NCBI GenBank assembly: GCA_020632095.1
Contig: JACKGF010000001.1
Coordinates: forward strand, 605,366-669,365
Direction of reading: 5' to 3'
Length of the DNA stretch: 64,000 nucleotides
Origin: Candidatus Nomurabacteria bacterium
GTDB lineage: Bacteria; Patescibacteriota; Minisyncoccia; Phycocordibacterales; UBA918
Below are positions 29,330 to 40,300 of this stretch, piece by piece. A program made the translations under genes and the position numbers. The first letter of the stretch is position 1, and every line of letters begins with the position of its first letter. Below the pieces are notes generated by a model, which saw only the letters and a list, made by a program, of their open reading frames with translations, made no database searches and was not told the origin of the DNA.

Positions 29330-29791
29330 AATTTTATGGAACCTATTGTCTCGTTCCTAGCCAGAAAAGTCAATTTCAAAATGTTGTTTAATTGACCAAA
29401 AATTACGCCAAGTACTAGGAAGTCCGGCGCAAACGCCGGACTTTTTCAATTCAATTTGACTTCACTAAGCCCTACTGTATGATCAATTTCAGGACATTAA
29501 AGGGAGAAACTAGAGGTGAAATATACTCTCAAAAGTTTTTTAGTTGAATTTGCAAATTCAGGCACGGTGATATTTCTTTTATCACTAAATATTATTTTTG
29601 TGATACTGATGTGTTTTGCTACTTTTATAGTCACAGAAGCTTTATGTGACTGGTGGTTAAACTCAACGCTATCACTTGCTACAAGCTTAAAACTCAGTAA
29701 TATTTTGAGTTTACCCCAATAACATCATACTGAACATTCTCACCAACTCCAAAAACTTCACCCTCGCTAGCCTTACAAGCCGGCGAGATTT

Positions 29792-30655
29792 TTATATTGA
29801 AATTCCGTAAAACTTTTGGGCATTTTTAAGAAGCTGTAGCCTAACTTCTTCTTCGTCCAAACCCTTAATATTAGCGATGGTTTTATAAACTTCTTGGACC
29901 ATCCAGGGCTCGCAGCGCCGGCCCCGGTACGGGGCCGGCGCCACAAACGGACAATCTGTCTCTCCGTGGATGAGTTCGAGTGGCGCGTTTTTTACCAACT
30001 CGACGTAATCTTTAGCAAAGGTAATTACACCCGTAAACGAAATTGTCCCGCCGAGCTCAAAAAAACGCGCCGCTTCCTCCATCGTCCCAGCATAAAAATG
30101 CACGTTAAACGGCACTTTGGCGTATTGTTTAAGAGTTTCGTAGACATCGGTGTAAACACTCCGCCCCGTCGGACTAGCTATCCCAGGCTTGGGACCACGA
30201 GTATGGATCATCAACGGTAAATTCAACTCATTTGCCAGCTTAATCTGCGCCACAAAAGCTTCCTCTTGCACTGCATAGCTATCGGCCTCCGTATGCCAAT
30301 AATCAAAGCCACACTCACCTATTCCCACCACTTTAGCATTCTTTGCTAACTCACGATAAAATTCCAGATTAAACAATTCCCCGCGACTCTTAAAAGGCTC
30401 ACCGCCTTCCCCAATCTCATCCTCGTCATGCATCCCTGGCACCGTCTGAATCGGGTGCAATCCAATAATGGCATAAAGATTTTCGTACTGTTCCGCTAGC
30501 TCAACCGCTTTAGCACTAGTAGTTTCCTTAGTCCCCACATTAATCACCGCCACCCCATCAGCGACACATTTTTCCACCACCTCACCCACATCCTCCCGAA
30601 AAGCCGCCAGATTTAAGTGCGAGTGAGTATCTATATATTTATATTTCATTTCCAT
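29792..30655 (-). CDS. TatD-family metal-dependent hydrolase.
   Basis: IDTHSHL N-terminal motif. GECGFDY. Confidence 0.7.
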   Translation of the reverse strand: MEMKYKYIDTHSHLNLAAFREDVGEVVEKCVADGVAVINVGTKETTSAKAVELAEQYENLYAIIGLHPIQTVPGMHDEDEIGEGGEPFKSRGELFNLEFYRELAKNAKVVGIGECGFDYWHTEADSYAVQEEAFVAQIKLANELNLPLMIHTRGPKPGIASPTGRSVYTDVYETLKQYAKVPFNVHFYAGTMEEAARFFELGGTISFTGVITFAKDYVELVKNAPLELIHGETDCPFVAPAPYRGRRCEPWMVQEVYKTIANIKGLDEEEVRLQLLKNAQKFYGISI

Positions 30656-30792
30656 ACTTATAGTAGTGTTAAGACGAAGCTAAAAATTAACCGAGTGCTC
30701 TAGTGCTCTGTTGCGAAATGTATTCATCACTCTGTCTTTCATTCCAAAATCCTACCATATATCAAAATTTCCACACCACCAAACTTCCCCTA

Positions 30793-30812
30793 TAGTACGA
30801 TTAATCGTACTA
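30793..30812. promoter_or_regulatory. Perfect 20-bp palindromic operator overlapping the TATAAT -10 element immediately upstream of the TrpR-like gene.
   Basis: tagtacgatt|aatcgtacta, then TATAAT at 30811-30816 and ATG at 30820. Confidence 0.55.
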
Positions 30813-30819
30813 TAATCCT

Positions 30820-31227
30820 ATGACTCATGTTTCAAAACAACAACTTGAACCGGAACACCTGGACCAATTATTCATTCAGTTGAGTAGTTCCGCATCTTTG
30901 CTGACCAAAAAAACTGCATCTGGTTTCTTAGATGATTTACTTGGCCATGAAGAGAAGATTATGCTAGCGAAGCGCCTTGCCGCTATTGTAATGCTGATTG
31001 AGGGAAATTCTTCATACCGTATTTGGCAACTACTTAAAATGAGTCCCTCCACCACTGACAAGATTCGCCTGAACTACGAAATTGGTAAATATAAAAATAT
31101 TGAAAGAATAATTAAGTCCAACAAAACCTCTTATGAACAATTCTGGAAAACTTTGGAGATAATCCTCCAAGCCAACATGCCGCCCATAGGCCGCGGAAGA
31201 TGGAAATCAGTGTTAAAGAGAATTTAA
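30820..31227 (+). CDS. TrpR/YerC-family DNA-binding protein (putative repressor).
   Basis: LLGHEEKIMLAKRLAAIVMLIEGNSSYRIWQLLKMSPSTTDKIRLNY resembles the Trp-repressor-like fold (YerC/YecD). Confidence 0.5.
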   Translation: MTHVSKQQLEPEHLDQLFIQLSSSASLLTKKTASGFLDDLLGHEEKIMLAKRLAAIVMLIEGNSSYRIWQLLKMSPSTTDKIRLNYEIGKYKNIERIIKSNKTSYEQFWKTLEIILQANMPPIGRGRWKSVLKRI

Positions 31228-31228
31228 A

Positions 31229-31248
31229 TAGTACGATTAATCGTACTA
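31229..31248. promoter_or_regulatory. Second identical copy of the 20-bp palindrome, immediately after the stop codon of the TrpR-like gene.
   Basis: tagtacgattaatcgtacta. Confidence 0.55.
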
Positions 31249-31309
31249 TTTAGATTTTGTGGGAGTTGCTGTGTGAGGTTGGGCGTGAGTTTCAATACAT
31301 TTGTAGTTC

Positions 31310-32755
31310 CTAATAATTAAGACCTAAGCGTCCAAACAAATTTTCGGGTTTTTGGTTGGCTAGGATGGCTTCTTTTATGATTAAATTTGTTTCAGGCATG
31401 AGTGGGTAGAGCATGCGGGCGATTAAGTATAAATCGTGTACTAGTTCCTTAATGATTACTACGCCAGCCTCCTTATCATTTTTTACCAATTTAAAAGGCT
31501 CGGTAGCAGTAATTTTTTCATCAAGTTCACCTACTTTACTCCACACAAAATCACTAGCCCCTTGAAAATCATATCGATCAAGAGCGCTGATGTACTTTTC
31601 ATCGAAACCACTCACTGCTGGTTTTTCGATTGGACCGTCTAAGTGAGTTTCCGCCATCTTCATGATTCTAGCTGTCAGATTACCTAAGCCATTCACCAGG
31701 TTAGCGGTATACCACTCATCCATTTTTTCCCAGGTTAAATCGGAGTCATCGGTGGGATGAACGTGACGGAGCATGATGTAGCGGGTGGCATCGGTACCGT
31801 AACGCTCTACCAGTGCGTAAGGGTCGATCACATTGCCGAGCGACTTGCTCATTTTGAGTCCACCACTATTGATAAAGCCGTGGTAGAAAATTTTGTCTGT
31901 TGCTTTTATTCCAGCACTCTTAAGCATCGCTTGCCAGATAATAGACTGGAAACGCACCTGGTCTTTACCTGCCAACTGCAAAGTTTCTCCCTGCTCCCAA
32001 AATTTAGCAAATTGACCGCTCTTATCCTCTGGCCAACCAAGGGTGGAAATATAATTGGTCAAAGCGTCAAACCAGACATACATGACGTGATTGTTGTCTC
32101 CCGGCACCGGCACTCCCCAATCCATGCGGGTTTTTTCGCGCGAAATACTCAAATCCTCCAAGCCACCAGCGACAAAATTGAGCGCCTCTTTTCTACGCCA
32201 TTCCGGCAAAACCGAACCTTCCTTACTTAAATATTCCTCTAGGTAAATTTGGTAATTGGACAGTCGAAAAAAATAATTTTCTTCTTCCACTTCTTCTGGA
32301 GCCACTTGATGGTCTGGGCACTTGCCGTCTACCAAATCAGACTCAACCTTGAAAGATTCACAGCCCACACAATACAAGCCGGTATATTTCTTTTTATAAA
32401 TATCCCCCGCCTCATCACACAGTCGCCACATTTCTTGAGCGGCAAATTTGTGTTCGGGGCTAGTAGTACGGATGAAGTTATCATACGAGAGATTGAGGGC
32501 GGTTTTTAGATTATCAAATTCAGCCGCGTATTTATCGACGTACGCTTGCCTATCAACACCAGTTTCATCGGCCTTACGCGAGACTTTTTGCCCATGCTCA
32601 TCAACCCCAGTATTAAAAAACACCTCTTCTCCCAAGAGTCGCCAATACCGCGCCAAAGTATCCGCCTGCACAAATTCCAACGCATGCCCCATATGCGGCG
32701 ACGCGTTTACATAAGGCAAAGTGGTGGTGATGTATTTTGGGGATTTTTCAGTCAT
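31310..32755 (-). CDS. metG: Methionyl-tRNA synthetase.
   Basis: HMGH motif (PYVNASPHMGHALE). KMSKS. Zn-knuckle CPDH. Confidence 0.9.
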   Translation of the reverse strand: MTEKSPKYITTTLPYVNASPHMGHALEFVQADTLARYWRLLGEEVFFNTGVDEHGQKVSRKADETGVDRQAYVDKYAAEFDNLKTALNLSYDNFIRTTSPEHKFAAQEMWRLCDEAGDIYKKKYTGLYCVGCESFKVESDLVDGKCPDHQVAPEEVEEENYFFRLSNYQIYLEEYLSKEGSVLPEWRRKEALNFVAGGLEDLSISREKTRMDWGVPVPGDNNHVMYVWFDALTNYISTLGWPEDKSGQFAKFWEQGETLQLAGKDQVRFQSIIWQAMLKSAGIKATDKIFYHGFINSGGLKMSKSLGNVIDPYALVERYGTDATRYIMLRHVHPTDDSDLTWEKMDEWYTANLVNGLGNLTARIMKMAETHLDGPIEKPAVSGFDEKYISALDRYDFQGASDFVWSKVGELDEKITATEPFKLVKNDKEAGVVIIKELVHDLYLIARMLYPLMPETNLIIKEAILANQKPENLFGRLGLNY

Positions 32756-32853
32756 AGTTAAAATACTGTATCATAAATACGCTGGAATAAAATAAGGTGG
32801 CAATGTTTTAAAAACTTGATTAAACCTTAATCCCAAGAATTATAATTTTTAGA

Positions 32854-33363
32854 TTAATTAGCACCTGCATTATATGCCGCTTCTTCAGCGTCAGCATCAG
32901 CCTTAGTAAAAAATGACATCCCATCCTTAAGAGTAAAGGATATTCCATCACCATTGGCAAATCTATAAGAGAAGGAGCCATTTCTCAGACTTCTTTTTTT
33001 AGCAATTTCCTGTACCTCTCCATTTATTGTCACCGTGTCACCATATGTGTTTCCTGGAGTAATTTCACCCCTTCTATCATTATAGATAGCTATCTCTAAC
33101 GTACCGAGCTTTGCATGTTCTACAGTAACTACAATTCTTGGTTGTCTAGATTCTTCTATTGAATGTGTAGTTCCACTATCAATATGTTGAGCCTGGTCAG
33201 CTGCCATACTATCCGTAGGAGAAACAGCTGCCATAGAAGCCGCAAAAATAGCGGCTGCATGCAATGGAGTTTTTTTGTTTGGTCCTAAATTATCATTACT
33301 CGGCTCTGATTCTTGAGAACTAAATTTAAATGATTCAAATTTCATATCCTTAAAGTTTAGCAC
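32854..33363 (-). CDS. Hypothetical secreted protein.
   Basis: Ala-rich signal-like segment. No recognised domain. Confidence 0.4.
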   Translation of the reverse strand: MLNFKDMKFESFKFSSQESEPSNDNLGPNKKTPLHAAAIFAASMAAVSPTDSMAADQAQHIDSGTTHSIEESRQPRIVVTVEHAKLGTLEIAIYNDRRGEITPGNTYGDTVTINGEVQEIAKKRSLRNGSFSYRFANGDGISFTLKDGMSFFTKADADAEEAAYNAGAN

Positions 33364-33381
33364 GACTATGTCCCCTGAGAC

Positions 33382-34779
33382 TTAATTTGCTGACAAATAC
33401 CCAACCAATTCAGTAATCGCTACTCTCTCCTGCTCGCCTGTGTCGCGATTACGGACAGTCACAGTGTCAGCCAACTCTGGCTTTTCTTGACCGAGGGTTT
33501 CAAAGTCGATAGTGACACAGTGCGGTGTTCCAATTTCATCTTGACGACGGTACCGCTTGCCAACATTACCATTATCATCAAATTCTGCCCGCATCTCAGC
33601 CGACAACAAAGCAAAAACTTCTTCTGCCTTAGCTACTAACTGTGGTTTATTTTTGAGCAACGGGAAAACGGCGACTTTTATCGGAGCTAGTTTCTTTGGG
33701 AAACGCATCACTACTCGAGTCTCACCACCCAGTTCATCCTCGTCATAAAATTCAGTCATGACCGCTAGGAAAGTTCGATCAACTCCCACCGACGTCTCAA
33801 CTACATGAGGAACATACTTTTCGTTTGTATAAGGATCTAAATACTCCATAGAAACACCAGAGAATTTTTGGTGTTGTGAAAGGTCATAATCACCACGAGC
33901 ATGTACTCCTTCCATTTCTTTAAAACCAAATGGGAAATTGTATTCAATATCGAAGGCTGCTTTAGCATAAAAAACCAAGTTCTCATGTTCATGCCAACGC
34001 AAGTTTTCAGCTTTGAAACCAAGATCTAGATAATATTGCATCCGCTTCTCTTTCCAAACTTCATAAACTTCCATCTCCGCTTCAGGCGCCACAAACATCT
34101 GCATTTCCATTTGTTCAAATTCGCGCTTGCGGAAGATGTATTGTCGTGGAGCAATTTCGTTACGAAAAGCCTTACCAATCTGAGCAATTCCAAAGGGCAC
34201 CTTCACTCGAGTACTATCTAAAACATTCTTAAAGTTGATATAAATTCCCTGACAAGTTTCACCGCGCAAATAAGTTGGTTCTTTGGTCCAGTCTTCAGAA
34301 AAATTACCAAGGTTGGTTTGGGCTAACAGATTAAATTGTCTAACTGACCCGAAGTTTTGCTTACCACACTGAGGACACTTGAGCTTAGATCTATTTTCAT
34401 CAAAAACACCATTTATTTCCTCTACTGTCATTTTTTCGTCAGCAAATACTTCAATTGCCTCCAAAAGATGATCAGCTCGAGAACGAGTATTACAGTCTTT
34501 ACACTCTACCAATGGATCAGAAAAACCACCAACATGACCAGAGGCTTCCCATACGCGCGGATGAGTAACAATAGCTGAATCTAGACCAACAATATCCTTC
34601 TCTCGATTCACCATTGCCTGCCACCAAGCAGACTTGATATTCTGGGCTAATTCAACACCATAAGGACCGTAATCAAACGCACCAACAAATCCCCCATAAA
34701 TCTCACTACCTTGAAATACAAAACCGCGGCGCTTAGCCAGCGAAACAATCTTCTCCATTTTGTCTGTTGATTTTTCCAT
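33382..34779 (-). CDS. glyQS: Glycyl-tRNA synthetase (class II, alpha2 type).
   Basis: FQGSEIYGGFVGAFDYGPYG N-terminal signature. Class II motifs. Confidence 0.85.
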   Translation of the reverse strand: MEKSTDKMEKIVSLAKRRGFVFQGSEIYGGFVGAFDYGPYGVELAQNIKSAWWQAMVNREKDIVGLDSAIVTHPRVWEASGHVGGFSDPLVECKDCNTRSRADHLLEAIEVFADEKMTVEEINGVFDENRSKLKCPQCGKQNFGSVRQFNLLAQTNLGNFSEDWTKEPTYLRGETCQGIYINFKNVLDSTRVKVPFGIAQIGKAFRNEIAPRQYIFRKREFEQMEMQMFVAPEAEMEVYEVWKEKRMQYYLDLGFKAENLRWHEHENLVFYAKAAFDIEYNFPFGFKEMEGVHARGDYDLSQHQKFSGVSMEYLDPYTNEKYVPHVVETSVGVDRTFLAVMTEFYDEDELGGETRVVMRFPKKLAPIKVAVFPLLKNKPQLVAKAEEVFALLSAEMRAEFDDNGNVGKRYRRQDEIGTPHCVTIDFETLGQEKPELADTVTVRNRDTGEQERVAITELVGYLSAN

Positions 34780-34799
34780 AATTTAGATAACTTTAACTT

Positions 34800-36755
34800 C
34801 TATTGCTCAACCGTACCATTACCCTTACTGAAGCCCATTTCGGTTGAGAGTTCATTTGTAACAGCTGACGCTCTATCTTGCAAGAGTTCGCCGGTAAACC
34901 GATCATTTGCCCGGATTGTTTGACCATTTACCAAAACTGGGATTTGTCCTACTTGTGAAATACTTGGCTGAATACTTATTTGAAAAGTCAGTTCTTTCTT
35001 ACCTCCAGTAGGAATATCTCCCACTGCCCATTGAATTTTCTTGGCAACAGAATTATAGGTTACAGAACCTTCAGCTTCATATCTATCAAGCCATTCTACA
35101 TATAAAGGTAAAGATGTCTCAACCACAGCACTAGTCATATCATTAGCTCCAGCTTCAGCAATTAGGGTCACAGAGTAAGTAGTAGTTTCTCCAACCTTAG
35201 GTGGAATTGGTCCTGTATCAGTAAATTTACCAACATTTCTACCGGCTTGTCTACCTAGCGACACACTGGATGAATATTTACCTTCTGACCTTGCTGTACC
35301 AATCAGAGTTTCTGCGGCACTACTTTCTGCTACTCGTCTTGCATAGACATTGACCACTAAGTCAAAAGATGAAGTTGTTTTGTCTGAATTTGGCTCAACG
35401 CTAAATGATAAGGAACGAGAGTCTCCCGGAATAACTTGACTGAAGGTTTTATTATTGGACACCTCCCATCTAATAGTTCCAGTGTTTGAATCATAAAATC
35501 CACTACCGCCTCCTATAGAATCTCCATCTAGAGCATTTCCTCCTGGCACCACTTCCACCACCATATCGTAAATAGTTTCATCAAGCGTATTCTTTATATC
35601 AACCGTAATATTTGGCTTGGTAGACTCAGGCAGAACAACCACTTTATCTTTCTTTCCGTTGATAGCGACTGAAACATCAAGGAAAGGCTTTTCGATTGTA
35701 AAGTTTGCACTAGCTTCTGCTAAGACCGAGCCGACTATATATTGATTATCTGGTTCAGCCGGACCAGCGCTGAAATTGATTCTAAATGTCTCTTCATTTT
35801 GACCACTAATGACTCCCTTTAATTTAATAGTTTCAGAAGAATCTGGTTTTAATTCTTTAATCTTCCAGACATTTTTACCAAACACTGGTTCTGGTTCTGA
35901 TTTCTCAAAAGTGAAACCATTTGGATACGAAGCACTAATTAAAACATCATTAAGAACTGATGGTGCGTTTGAAACTATTTTAAGATCCACATCAATTATC
36001 TGACCAGAAGCAACTTTATTTACACTTTCAACTTGTATTACTAACGGCGATGAACTAATTCTAAACACTAATGGGTCTGACTCTTTGTAGAAAGTTCCAT
36101 TTGAGCCTTGAATACGATACTCGATAGTAGCTGTTATATTTTTCTCAGTGTTTTCTTCCCCAAATATGACAGCCTGGAACGACATATTTTCAACCCCACC
36201 CGGCTGAATATCATCAATCGGTATTCTTTCTTCAAATAAATTCTTCGGAGAATCTCCAACAGAACGTGTCCCCGGTGGATATTTAACAATTAAGGTAGCT
36301 GACTCTATCGGAACGGTATTTTGATTGGTGACTCCTACTTGTAATGACATCACTTCACCACCACCAATCGAAAAAGGTCCTTGAACAGCAACCTTAATAT
36401 TTTCACTGGAAATTTGATTCCCACCGAAATACAAGAATAATGATGAGATACCAGCTACTAAAACGAAAATTATTATACTTCCAATCAAAACAAAACTTCG
36501 ATAACGACGTTTTTTAGGCTTTTTCTCCTCCGCCTTTGGCTCTACCACTAATACTTCAGGCACAGACTCAGCAACCACTCCCTCTCTTAAATCAGAAACT
36601 TTAGTTGTTGTTTTGGTGTTTGCAGCCCAATCTCTTGAAACATCAATCTTAACATCAGTCAATTTATGCCTGACACTTTCACCAAGATTAGCTCCACGGT
36701 CATATAGTCGCTTGCGCATTTCATCTATTTGCTCCTGCGAATACCCGTCTTTCAT
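34800..36755 (-). CDS. Large membrane-anchored extracytoplasmic protein, hypothetical.
   Basis: Cytoplasmic N-terminus, single TM (SFVLIGSIIIFVLVAGISSLFLYF), about 540-aa beta-rich ectodomain. Confidence 0.5.
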   Translation of the reverse strand: MKDGYSQEQIDEMRKRLYDRGANLGESVRHKLTDVKIDVSRDWAANTKTTTKVSDLREGVVAESVPEVLVVEPKAEEKKPKKRRYRSFVLIGSIIIFVLVAGISSLFLYFGGNQISSENIKVAVQGPFSIGGGEVMSLQVGVTNQNTVPIESATLIVKYPPGTRSVGDSPKNLFEERIPIDDIQPGGVENMSFQAVIFGEENTEKNITATIEYRIQGSNGTFYKESDPLVFRISSSPLVIQVESVNKVASGQIIDVDLKIVSNAPSVLNDVLISASYPNGFTFEKSEPEPVFGKNVWKIKELKPDSSETIKLKGVISGQNEETFRINFSAGPAEPDNQYIVGSVLAEASANFTIEKPFLDVSVAINGKKDKVVVLPESTKPNITVDIKNTLDETIYDMVVEVVPGGNALDGDSIGGGSGFYDSNTGTIRWEVSNNKTFSQVIPGDSRSLSFSVEPNSDKTTSSFDLVVNVYARRVAESSAAETLIGTARSEGKYSSSVSLGRQAGRNVGKFTDTGPIPPKVGETTTYSVTLIAEAGANDMTSAVVETSLPLYVEWLDRYEAEGSVTYNSVAKKIQWAVGDIPTGGKKELTFQISIQPSISQVGQIPVLVNGQTIRANDRFTGELLQDRASAVTNELSTEMGFSKGNGTVEQ

Positions 36756-36785
36756 AAAACTAGTATACCACTGTATTACATAAGC

Positions 36786-37364
36786 TTATAAATGACTAAC
36801 TGTAACTGCCTGTGTATAGAGTTTTTCAATTTGTCTATATATATCATCAGAATATTGTTTAGACACATCATCTGGATCAACACTCTGTAAGTTAGCAGGG
36901 ATATTATTTATATCAACATAACCTAACTTAGCTAAGATATGCACTTGCAGTGCCATTTCTAAAAAATTTCTTTCTGTATGAACTTTGATTAATTCTTCTA
37001 AACTAGCCAAAGTGTAGTTAAATAATTCTTGAGCTTGCTCTTCTCCTTTTAGAAAGCGTCTCAGTAGTCGAAACAAACTTACCACGCTACCGCGGGATTC
37101 TTTGTCTCTGGCTTCATGATAGTAGTTTTTCTGCGCTTCGATACTACCAATTTTCCAACTATTCTTACCCTTAACCAAAGACACCCGAACTAGAGAGAAT
37201 TCCTGTAGCGCGTAACGCTGACGCGAACGCTCTTCGCGCACACTGCGGGCGTCTGCATAAAGCATGCCAGCTTCGCGGGTGAAAAGTAGGTACGAACGGT
37301 CAGCAGTGTTGCGATTGAAGACACCGCACACCAACGCCTTGGTTGTGTACGTCAGGTAAGCCAT
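36786..37364 (-). CDS. recO: DNA repair protein RecO-like (short form).
   Basis: N-terminal OB-fold pattern ADARSVREERSRQRYALQEFSLVRVSLVKGK. Confidence 0.5.
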   Translation of the reverse strand: MAYLTYTTKALVCGVFNRNTADRSYLLFTREAGMLYADARSVREERSRQRYALQEFSLVRVSLVKGKNSWKIGSIEAQKNYYHEARDKESRGSVVSLFRLLRRFLKGEEQAQELFNYTLASLEELIKVHTERNFLEMALQVHILAKLGYVDINNIPANLQSVDPDDVSKQYSDDIYRQIEKLYTQAVTVSHL

Positions 37365-40300
37365 TATTGCTTAGCGATAGTGAAGCTAAATTGGAAGTCA
37401 CCGGCCGTTAATTCTTCCCCTTCGGTAACCTCGGCAAAAGTGACAATTGGAGCACCGACGGTTTTGGTCAACATTTCTTTATAATCATTGACCGCTTTTT
37501 CTCCGGCTTCATTAGTACTAATAGTGAGAGTTATTTTATCCTGCGGTTCCAGACCGGCAGTTTTGCGCTGCCCCTGCACCGCCCGCATCAGTTCACGTAC
37601 GGCGCCTTCGGTTATTAATTCTGACGTAAGAACAGTATCAATCGCTATTAACTCAGATACTTTATAGGACTTTGCGTTCAACTCATCGAGCACAACTTCC
37701 TGTAAATCTGGAGACAATTCAGGACCAGACACACTAGCAATTGGTTGTCGGACTTTAATATTAGCTTTAGTACGAGCTTCGAGTGCAGTCGTCACTAATT
37801 CCCTGACCACCTGCATTTCTTCGGTTATTACCCCGTCAACTTCCTTATTCTCTGGCCACGCTGCCAAATGTACGCTTTCAGCATCACCCTCTTCCTTCAC
37901 CGCTCGCCACAAATAATCAGCGTAAAAAGGCATCACCGGTGCCATCACTAGCGCGAGTGTCTTCAGTGTATAGCGAAGAGTCGACAAAGCTAAAGCTTTA
38001 TCAGCCACATCATCTCCTTTCACTCGGTCACGCGAACGACGCAAATACCACACTGACAAATCATCTATGAAGTCGGTAATTGGTCGAGTTGCTTTGTCGA
38101 GTTCGTAGTTTTTATAACCAGCAGTTGTTTCATTGATCAGCTCGTTAAGGCGCGCGACAATCCATCTATCAAGTACATGACTGGAATTGTCGCGCGCCTT
38201 TGTCCCATCCGCAAACATCTCATACATCGCCAACACATTGTGTAGCCGACCGAGGTTTTTACGCTGCTGTTCAATTACTTCCTTTTCAGTAAAGTTAAAA
38301 TCCTCACCTTTTACTGCTGTCGACGACAATAAGTAAAAGCGCATAGCATCAGCTCCAGCTGTATGTGCCACGTCCATTGGGTCAGGATAATTCTGCAATG
38401 ACTTACTCATTTTACGACCATCCTCTGCAAGAACAGTTCCGTTTACTACTACGTTCTCAAAAGGTGACTTACCGAACAACGCAACACCCAATACAATCAG
38501 CGAATAAAACCAACCGCGGGTTTGGTCGAGTCCTTCGGCAATGAATTTGGCTGGAAAATTTTGCTTAGTAAACTCGGCTTCATTTTCACCCATGTAATGA
38601 TGTTGTCCATAAGGCATCGAGCCACTCTCAAACCAGCAATCAAACACATCTGGCACTCGCTCCAACTTCACCCCTCCTTCAAACAGTTTAACCTCATCAA
38701 TGTACGGCCGATGAAAATCAAGCTCGAAGTTATCGTTGCGGGGATACGGCGTATACCCGAGTGGACGCACTTCTGCGTTACCTAGGTAAGCATTCCGACC
38801 GTCAAAGTATTTTTCGGCTTGCTCAGCATCAAAGCCCCAAGCTGCACACTCAAGGGCAAACATCGGCCCAGCATGACTCACAATCAATATTTTCTTCCCT
38901 TGGTAAGTCCTTTCTAAATCCAGCAAGAATTCTCCCATCCGCTTTTGCACATCACGCCGATTTTCCGAACCAGGTAGATTCTTAGTAAACCGCTCGGCCC
39001 AATCAGCAAACTGATCGTTGTATTCCGGCCACTTCTTCCCTTCCAAATCGTCTGCCAAATCTAATTCTCTAATCCGGTCATCCTCAATTATTTCAGCTTG
39101 TGGTAACTTTGTCGCCACTACTTCGGCTGTTTGTTTGGTACGCTTAAAGCCAGAATGGATGATGATGTCGATGTCTTTAGTGATAGCTTCAGTCGCCAAC
39201 AAGGCTTGCTCTTGCCCCAACTCAGTCAAATTATCGTCATTGTCCTTATTGCAACTAATCACATCAGCGATGTTACTTTCACTTTGTCCGTGACGCATCA
39301 TTAAGTAGGTATTGCCACCTTTGGGTACAAATTTTTGCAAATCAGCGAGCGAACCAATCACTTTGTATTCTTTGGTTTCCGGATTACGCCAAATCGGTAA
39401 CGGTGCGCCCCAGTAGCGCTGACGACTTATCGCCCAATCGCGTGCGCCCTCCAACCACTTACCAAAGCGATTGGTTCCGACGTGATCCGGCACCCAGTTC
39501 ACTTTATTGTTGGCCGCCACCAAATCCGCTTTAATTTTGGTCACCTCCACAAACCAAGACGTGGTGGCGTAGTTCAAAAGCGGAGTATCACACCGCCAAC
39601 AGTGCGGGTAGCTGTGCGTGATATTTTCTTTCTTGAGAATTTTTCCAGCCGTTTGGAGGGCTTTAAGGATTTCAATATCAGCATCTTTATGATTGACTCC
39701 AGATTCCTCATCGTCTTTTGGCTTTACCAACTGCCCAGCAAAGTCAGTCACAAAATCCATAAAATGCCCCGCTTCGTCAACGTGATGAATTATCGGCACA
39801 TTGTGTGCTTGCGCCAACTTCATGTCGTCATCACCGTAAGCAGGAGCAATATGGACCGCCCCCGTTCCTTCTTCGCCCAGCTCAACATAGTCAGCATGGT
39901 AAATAGTCCAAGCGTTTTCTTTGCCTTCGAAGTCTTGGTTCTGCAGGTATGCAAACGGCGGTTGGTACTTTTTGCCAACTAATTCGGAGCCTTTGAAAAT
40001 TATTCTTTCATCTTCTTTCGGTAATCCAGCTATTTGAACCATTCTGTCTCTTGCTATGACAAAACTTTCTCCAGCATTAGCATTAATTTGAGATATGACA
40101 TTTCCATTTTCAATAGTCCCAGATTCATAACCAGTAGCTACATCTTTTACAGTCACCTTTACATAATCAATTTCATTATGAACCGCAGCAGCCATGTTGC
40201 CAGGTAGTGTCCATGGTGTTGTTGTCCATACAAGCAAAAAGGTGTTGTTATCAGTTACAAAATCACTAATCTGTTGACCAGCATCAAGCTTCAACTTCAC

